Of a stretch of DNA of 64,000 nt, positions 54,073-64,000 are shown in pieces. This DNA comes from the human T2T-CHM13v2.0 reference genome, Homo sapiens. Below the pieces are notes generated by a model that was not told the DNA's origin, searched no databases, and saw nothing but the letters and a program-made list of their open reading frames with translations. The stretch lies in the NCBI RefSeq assembly GCF_009914755.1, contig NC_060936.1, one strand, 5' to 3'. The first letter of the stretch is position 1; each line of letters begins with the position of its first letter. A program made the translations under genes and the position numbers.

Positions 54073-55539
54073 ATACCTAGAGCCTAGCTGTTGGTTTCTA
54101 ACACCATTCTCCAATAAAAGAAGTTAAAGATCCACGGAGAAATAGCTGATTCTAGGACTGGGTTGGGAAATATACAAGACAAGCCTGGAACATTTTGTAG
54201 TGCCAGAAGTGCTAAAAACAACAGCAACATAGCAATAAATAAACCACACACCAACACACACATAAACACACACAAAAAATGATGGGGTCTGTCAAAAGGA
54301 CAGCAGTGAATAGAGCTCCTAATGACCAAAGTGTGCAAATTTTGAGCAACAAAAAAGGCAGAAATAAAGTAGTATTGTATTACAACTTAAAGGATAAAAC
54401 AAATATCCATGAATCCATAATCACATAAATAAATGATGATATAAGTAAATAAATGTGAAGAATATAGAAATCTTACAAAGGTTTGCAGAATTCAAAATAA
54501 TTTATATGGATACTCTTCCTTAAGTAGGTGGAGCATAACTCCCTACTCTTTAAAGGTGGACTGTCAATAGTGACTTTCTTTCAAAGACAAATGGAAGTGG
54601 AATGAGTTCACAGAGTATGGACGTGGGCAGGAAAAAAATAACTTTATAGTGAAGAAACCCGACAAACAATTCCTCAGCCAGGTGATCAAGATTAAAATCA
54701 ACAGTGATATGTAATATTGACAGTATGTACTCTTCATATGATGTGATGTTAATGGCACTTTACCTCTGTGGTCTTCTTCCCCAAACCCATAACTCTAATC
54801 TGATCATAAGAAAAATATCAGACAAATACAAGTTCAGGGATATTCTTCCCAACACGTGACTAGTATACTTCAAAACTGTCAAGGTCATCAAAAACAAGCA
54901 AAGTCTGAGAAACAGCCAAGATAAATATTATGTGGTATCCTGGAAGAGATCTTTGAACACAAAAAGGACCTTAGGAAAGAGCCAAAGAGATACGAATAAA
55001 GCTTAGACTTTAGTTAATAAAAATATATCAACATTGCTTCATTAGTTCTGACCAATGTACCATACCAATGTAAGATGTTAATAACAGGGGAGACTTGGTG
55101 AGGGTATATGCTTTCTGTGCTATCTTCACAATTTTTCTGTAACCCTAAAAGTATTCTTATAAAAGCTTATTAAAAAATAGATCTTTATTTTTGAGTTGAT
55201 TTTCTCAGCAGATAAAGAAATAAGGTCCAGGTTTCCTACAAGAATGTTCATTATCTTCCCCAGAACTGATGGTTATAATCCCCAAGATGAGAATGTGCTC
55301 AGGCAGCATGGTCTTAATGGAATGATAGTGTACCTCATGCCCAGTCTCCAGAGCAGTTTTTATGCAAATGACTATTGCCATTAGGATGAAGAGGAGCTGT
55401 TCTAGCTAATGGGGCAGCCCAACATACTTCCGGCATAGCTTTTGAATGTCTCTTTGAACATTCACTTTGTTTATAATTATCTGACTGTACCTAATTTGAT
55501 TCTACATGAAAATTTATATAATTATGTAATTATTCCATT

Positions 55540-57296
<1,757 letters not shown>

Positions 57297-58304
57297 TGGG
57301 GTCTTTCCAGCCCAGTGTAGAGCTTGCAATTACTAGAGGCAAATGCAGGCTGTGGTAGTGCATGCTTCTGTGCAGTTACGCCAGGAGCTCCAGTAAAAGG
57401 AAAGTCACTTCTACACTGTTTTAACATACATGAATTTCCCCGCCGTAGAATTACCATGTACATCTAGGATAAATTTATTTTATTTAAAAACATTTCGGAA
57501 AGTCCCACTACCAATCGCCCAATTTGTCAATATAATATACCCCATCTATCACACCCACAGAGATCTTAGGTATAAGTAAAAGCATCTAATGAATTCACTA
57601 TGCTTGGTCATGCCTGAACATTTACATATTAAAATATGTGCTATTTATTATGCATTGACTTTCTCTTACCTCTTTTTTTTTTTAACATTTCAGAGAAACT
57701 GGGCTTTTTAAAAATATTTCTTCTTTAGATAGATCATGTTTTTTATGTGTTTAGATTTAGGAAGTAAAAGAGCATTGGCTTAGAAAGCAATGGATTTATG
57801 GTAAGTCGCAGCAGTTGGGCCCAGAAAGTGTGAGGACCACTGGTCCAGAGAACTTCTGATTCTCTACCTGTCTTCTTCTCTAATAGGGAAAGAGTTAGCA
57901 GGACGTCACTTCTCAGTTCCTAATCATGCCCTAAGCCTGGCAGTGAGAAGCGTGGCAGATGCTAGGGGTGGGCGTACTGGAAGGGAAAAGAAAATAATAT
58001 TTTCCAGTGCCTAGATTTTGGTGTTGGCAGGAAAATTATTTGCCCGTGACAAACTGCATTTATCTTTTATGGAAACTGTGCTCAATTTATGAACTACACT
58101 CACTTTAAATTAACTAGAAACCAAAGTTATATTGTGTAAATTTCAGTTGAATTCCAATTTTACTAACCAAAACTCCTATTGGTTAATTATACATTTTACA
58201 TAATATTGAATTCAGATAACAAAAGTCGAGCCTCAATCTCTCAATCTAAAACAAAATTCAGCACACTTCACTGTAGGGTAACAACTGTTAACTTATTGAC
58301 TAAC

Positions 58305-58540
<236 letters not shown>

Positions 58541-58929
58541 TTACTGACTAAGTTTTAAATGAATCAGTGCTACATTTAATTTGAAGAAGTAACAAAGAGT
58601 TAGAGAAAAAACAAAGATAACTGGGGAATTGGGTGCAAGTCCACCATAATCTGTTGACACTCTATAAAAATTCCATGTGAGTAATATTTTAACCAGAAAA
58701 ATAGGAATAATGACTGTTCTCTAGAGCAACCATAACCAGTACCTAGAAAATATGTAATAAACAAGGAAATGGACTAGAACACTAATGTGGTTTTCTGGCA
58801 AAGAACTATCCTTACTTAAAAATAATGAGAAGAATATTCAAATACTTACTTTCCTTTAAATAATGAAAACTTTAATTCATGACTCCCATAGCTGTTGTTA
58901 GGATTTATGAGTGAAGTCACTAAACTAAC

Positions 58930-59170
58930 ATTCATTGAGCACATGCTAGGTACTATAGCAAGTGCTTTGTATATTGCATTTCAATCAGCTTTCCAAATAA
59001 TGGTATGAGGTTATTGCTACTATATATCGTAATTTCCAAGCCAAAACTTAGAAAAGATCAGTAATTTTTCCAAAGTCTATATAATCAAGAAACACCAGAG
59101 TAGGAGATAGATCCCAAGATTCGTTGACTCCAAAGGCTATTTTTCTAAACTCTAAGCTCTATTTACTGCC
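58930..59170 (-). mobile_element. MIR
   Basis: cattcattgagcac...ggtatgaggttattg...ccaaagtc...tgactccaaaggc. Confidence 0.6.
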
Positions 59171-59435
59171 TATATAGTAAGAGGGGATTAGCAGCAACAT
59201 TGGAATTTACACAGGGAAATACACGGGGAATGTTCGATCATCTAAGGCCTTCCAATAATTTTTCTTTTTTCCAAAAGAAAGCAAGAGCAAGTTTATTTTC
59301 TGTTTTAATTAATATTTCAAAAAAGGCCATCAAGAAGTCTGCTTGTTTGAATTTCTAAGTTTTCACATCAAGATTCTGATTTTTAGGTTTGTCCAAAGCT
59401 GGAGAATAATAAAGTTTGATATATTCAAAACAATG

Positions 59436-59575
59436 TTTTCCTTTATATGTTTTTCTAGAGATGGGAGTCTCAATATGTTACCTAGACTGCACTTAAACTC
59501 CTGTGCTCAAGCAATCCTCTCACCTAAGTCTCTCAAGTAGGTGGAACTATAGACATGCACCATCCCACCTGGCTT
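59436..59575 (-). mobile_element. Alu monomer (FLAM-like)
   Basis: agagatgggagtctcaatatgttacctagactg...gctcaagcaatcctc...catcccacctggct; single arm only. Confidence 0.8.
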
Positions 59576-61009
59576 AAATTGGGATATATTAATGTTAGTC
59601 AATGGTTCATCCATAAATGAATTTTCAAAAGCCTCATTTATAATATTTAAAGCTTGTATGTAAAAATGCACGTAGCCTTCAGAATTTGACATATTTCCCA
59701 AATTCAATGTAGTGCCAGATGATAAAAAAATCCAAAAGAATGCAACACAATAAGTATGTTGAATAAATGTTAAGCAAATTTTATTTTGCATTTAAAAACA
59801 TATTCTTTTTGCCCATTTGGAATAGACATCATGATTTTAAACAAAGAAACTGCAGGTACTTACTATGGAACTATACAACTAAATATGCAAAGACAATATT
59901 TGTGTTATTTCAAAGCTTTCATTGGTAAGCTTTTTATTAGCAAAAATATAAGGAAGCTTAGTTTCCTGCAAGAGAAATAAATAGTAAAAATTAATGTCTC
60001 TGAGCCATAGCTTGCCTCCACACAAGTAGTGAATCATTTCTCCCATCTGTCCCAACCTGAATATATCCCTTAGAGATATCTGCCTTTCTGGGAAGAGCGT
60101 TGGCATGTATATTTATTATTACTTTCATTTATATACAGTTCTAGCTTTGCTGCTATCTTCCTAGAGCCTTCAGTTCTTCTGTGATGTTGAGTAAGAGTTA
60201 TATGTTTTACTGGAAAGATATCAGTCACTATTATTCATAATTAGAAATAAAATCTTTGAATTGATTAGAAGATAATTAATGTATATTCTAAGAAAAAAAT
60301 CTACTTTTAAGATACATAATGATACACATTAGAGACACCACAAGAATGGATAGAACTTTTGGTTTCTCTAAAAATATGACCTAGATGTCAACTAGAGTCT
60401 TCCTCATTTTGATAGTTAAATAATACTAACTGCTGTCCCCATATCATGGCCTATGGGAAGTCTAATGCATTCCTCTTTGATGCTTTTAAGTATACAGGAG
60501 TTTTCATTCTTGCAACAACCTGGTCGCTCCAATGTTCTTATCTCACTAAATCCTTGAATATGTCCCATTCCATTAGACACTCTCAAAACATCACTCACAT
60601 AAGGCTTTTGTGTGCTTATGAGGTAAGAAACAATAATCATAGATCAAATAGTAATATGCATAAACAATAGCAATCAGAATATAAGGCATTCTTATTTTAA
60701 GATTTTCTTTTTTAGCCATGTTTTCTACTCACTGGCAGGTCATTTTGCTGTCTGGCTGGTCATTTTCCTGCTGGGGTCTCTATTCTCTCTCCACATCCAT
60801 ATATCCCAATTAACATATTATATGAAGCTATTTTTTTAATCTCTATTTCCCCTCGCTTGACTAAACCATCCCCAAATAATTTTTATCTTAGCAAAAACAA
60901 AAACAAAAAACTAAGATTTTTAAGGTATATTCCAAGGCAAAGATAGCTTTCTTTCTGAAAGGACCCTTTAAATATCCTATTACAAAAACAGTTTAGTCTA
61001 AATATTGTC

Positions 61010-62070
61010 TTTAATCTCAAATAAATTGACGAATTACTTAGCAGGAGGCACTAGAGACTTAGAGTAAATGACAAAAATCTCTGCCCTTTCGAAACTCTGT
61101 CTACCTGGGAAAATGTACAAATGAAGAAGGTTACAGACAATGCACTAAGTGTTATAATAGAGTTGTATGGGTTTAAGGAGCAGGGAAAATCTGGGGATTA
61201 GAGGTCTAGGGGCTCACAGATTCACATAGAAGGAAACATCTGAGCTAAGACTTTCAGAATGAATAAGAATTTGCTAGGCACTTGGGAAATTAAGGCATTC
61301 CAGATCCAGGGAAAACATTTGTCAAGGCATAACGATAATTTATTTGAAAAAATAGTAATTGGATATCTTTGACAGGGTATGTATAGAAGCGATGTGATCC
61401 AATTAGACAGAAGGTAGGGGATTTAAGTGATATATTTTGAAGGTCTAAGTAAGACAGGCTGTGGAAGTAAACAGTAGAGGATCTGAAACAGATTTCCTGT
61501 TGGGAGTTTGGTTTCAAGGAACTCAGGTTTCTGGCTGAGGCATCTCTGCAGAACAGCATTAAAATATCCAATGGTGATTTTTAGTTTGACATTTGATTTA
61601 TGCTGATATTGATGTGCATAGGGGATGTTGAGGTTAGTTCTTTAGTAGAACTAATCAAAATAAACTCAAGGTGCCATTAAAACAGCAAAGGCAAATATGT
61701 CAATAAAGATACAAGGGGAAATCATTTAAGGGGGAAGACCAGTGGACTAACGACTGAACTCTGGGGGGAAAATCTATATTTAATGGCTAAAAAGAGGAAG
61801 AATCTGAGATGGGAAGAGGTCTCAGAAGGAAATTGGAAGAACCAGGTGATAGCGCTTTCTTAGAATCCTAATGAAAGAATTCAAGAAGGAGGGAGTTATC
61901 AATGGTGATAAATGGTGCATTATGATGCATTGAGATCAAATAAGAGAGTAAAAAATAGTTATTGAATTTGGCAAGTAGAAGAACAGAAAAGATAGAGAAA
62001 GCAACTTTATTGGCATGACTAGGATAAACACATTACAGTGAGTGGAAAATGATCAGGCTAGAAATGTACG
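61010..62070 (-). mobile_element. LINE-2 fragments (old)
   Basis: aaaatctctgccctt...catctgagctaagac...gactgaactctgggg...attgaatttggcaa. Confidence 0.55.
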
Positions 62071-62327
62071 CTCAGAATTTGGTGTTGCTGCCAACACATC
62101 AAGGTCAGACAGCAGGACTTACTTAGCATGTAGCAGATGTTCAATAAAGTTTATGGTATAAATGAATGAAAAGATGAATGGCAAATGAAATTCTGGGGTG
62201 AGCCATATCCAAAATGAAACATGGACTATATGTTTTACTATCAGGTGCTGCATTATTAAATTTAGTTAATTTCATTATTTTACCATACTATCATTTTGAA
62301 AGGAAGCTATTCTGTCATTAGAAAGTA

Positions 62328-62589
62328 CAGTCCACCTTCCATGTCCAAACAGATAAAAAATATTCAGGAAAAAACAATTAAAAATAACAATAAAACAATT
62401 TAAAATACAAATAAAAACAAAGTGACTATTTACAAAGCACTCACATTGCATGATTTACATAGTATTCGCATTGTATTAGATATTATAAGCAATCTAGAGA
62501 TGATCTAAAGTATAGTGAAGGATAAGCATCCATGGATTTTGGTTTCTGAGGGGTGAAATAAACCCCCCATGGATAGCAAAGGACAACAG
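62328..62589. mobile_element. MER2 (Tigger2-derived MITE) with internal deletions
   Basis: TA|CAGT...ACAACAG|TA ends; cattgtattagatattataagcaatctagagatgat; agcatccatggattttggt. Confidence 0.85.
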
Positions 62590-64000
62590 TAATCTATTCT
62601 TGAAATCTTATGTTTTTATAGTTACTTATTTGTGTACTATCATATTTACTTCTGAGTGTGTGAAACTGTTATTTTAGAAGTGATTTTTGTATTGTATATA
62701 TAAAGTCTTTTCAAATAAGCATATTTATGTATCCTTTTACGACCTCCTTAATTACAATCTCTGTTTTATTCACTCATTCTCAAAAAGAACAAGGAAACAA
62801 GGTGATACTGTGGAATCTTATTTTTTATTAGATAACTACAACTGGATTAATTACTTTAATTTCTCTCTTATTCAAGATGCTTTTAAATTAAATGCCTATA
62901 CTGAGGCCTAGATGAATATTCTGAACACAAAAATTCTAAGAAATTATTTCAGTATAACCAATTTAAAGAACTTAATTATTTAACTTACACAATTTTAATA
63001 GATAAAATTAATAATTAATTTAAAAACAATGTTTATATAATTTCAATAATATTTATCACTATTATAGTAACCAAAATAATACTATATAATAACCAAAATT
63101 ATTGAACTTTAGAAATAAATGGCAAAACTACTTTATAAGGTTAATCAGAACCTCAGAAATTATGGATTGAAGAATCAACACTATTAAATATGTAAGCATA
63201 GAACTCTATGCAGGAGGAGAAAGTAAGAAAACCTTCTGGTTAAGTAAATTATTTCATATTACATTGTGTCCCCTTCTAAGTGTAAACTGCACTGTGTAAT
63301 ATACACATTTTTTTTTTCTTGAACAGACTTAGTCATAACAGTTAATTACAGAGACAGGTATTTACTTTGTAAATATAGATGCAACTAAATTGAAAGTATT
63401 ATTCTGGAACCAATGTATAGGTTTCTGACTTGCCAAACATGTTACAATTGAAATGTCAAGAAACAGTACCTTCTAGTATCTAAGTTATCAATCATGATGA
63501 CTATATCAATAAAAACTTATTATATGTTTGAACAATATAATGAAAAATATGAATCTTTTGTTATTTAATGTTTGGTGGTTTAAATATCAAAAATTCATGT
63601 GTGTAGCTTTCCAAAATGATAATAATTCAAATAAACAACTCAGTTCAATTAATACTCTAAATTCAATTTTTGACTAAATTTTACATAAGTGAAAAAGTAG
63701 TTTCCTATTTAGAAGATATGATCCCATTCACGCTAAACAGTAAAGTAGCTTTAGTCATTTTTGATGATGTAGGTTACCCAGAGAAACTATATTACAGATC
63801 TATGCCACCTACACTCAGTCCATCGACAACGAAACAAGTAGTTGTAATGTAGCCTATTAAAAATCAAATGAGTAATTCACATTTTTTCCATATAATAAAT
63901 AGTAACTGAGTCCTCTGCCATTCACTTTGCTCATCACTGAGGACACAGAAATCAAAGACCGATTTTTTTTTTCCCCCTAATGAAAGAGCCACAGTTCATG

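Larger units (their letters stand above)
52760..55178 (+). mobile_element. L1MC/MD-like 3' UTR, interrupted by two LTRs
   Basis: gggagccaggcttctcatattggagt...; accccagta|atacctag...ttggtttctaacaccattctccaataaaag; aaaactgtcaaggtcatcaaaaacaag; aatgtaagatgttaataacagggga; A-rich end. Confidence 0.8.

Noticed and set aside
55190-55530. Possible ancient hAT-type DNA transposon flanking the retrocopy (also 57300-57660)
   Set aside because: Only a vague resemblance; I could not identify TIRs or a family without a Dfam search.

Overview
AT-rich, CpG-depleted primate (very probably human) non-genic DNA, either intergenic or deep intronic. I found no intact protein-coding gene, RNA gene or CpG island. 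Much of the window is interspersed repeat: L1PA/L1PB/L1M, Alu, L2, MIR, MaLR and ERV1 LTRs, and MER DNA transposons. Nearly every supplied ORF is either a repeat translation or a chance ORF. The one gene-derived object is a 5'-truncated, disabled processed pseudogene of SARAF (TMEM66) on the minus strand (~55540-57296), interrupted by an Alu. The most unusual structure is a ~130-bp insertion in the 3' UTR of a young L1PA (16008-16141). It is a gap-free 88%-identical copy of a MER5-type sequence 2.6 kb upstream (13391-13506), so it looks like a locally templated insertion rather than transposition. Also present are two 5'-inverted (twin-primed) L1s with readable TSDs and microhomologies, a perfect 75-bp tandem duplication, STRs and several short palindromes. 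I see no evidence for a new multi-component biological system; the findings concern mutational mechanisms and possible non-coding elements. Subfamily names come from recalled consensus features, not from a RepeatMasker run, and boundaries of old repeats are approximate.
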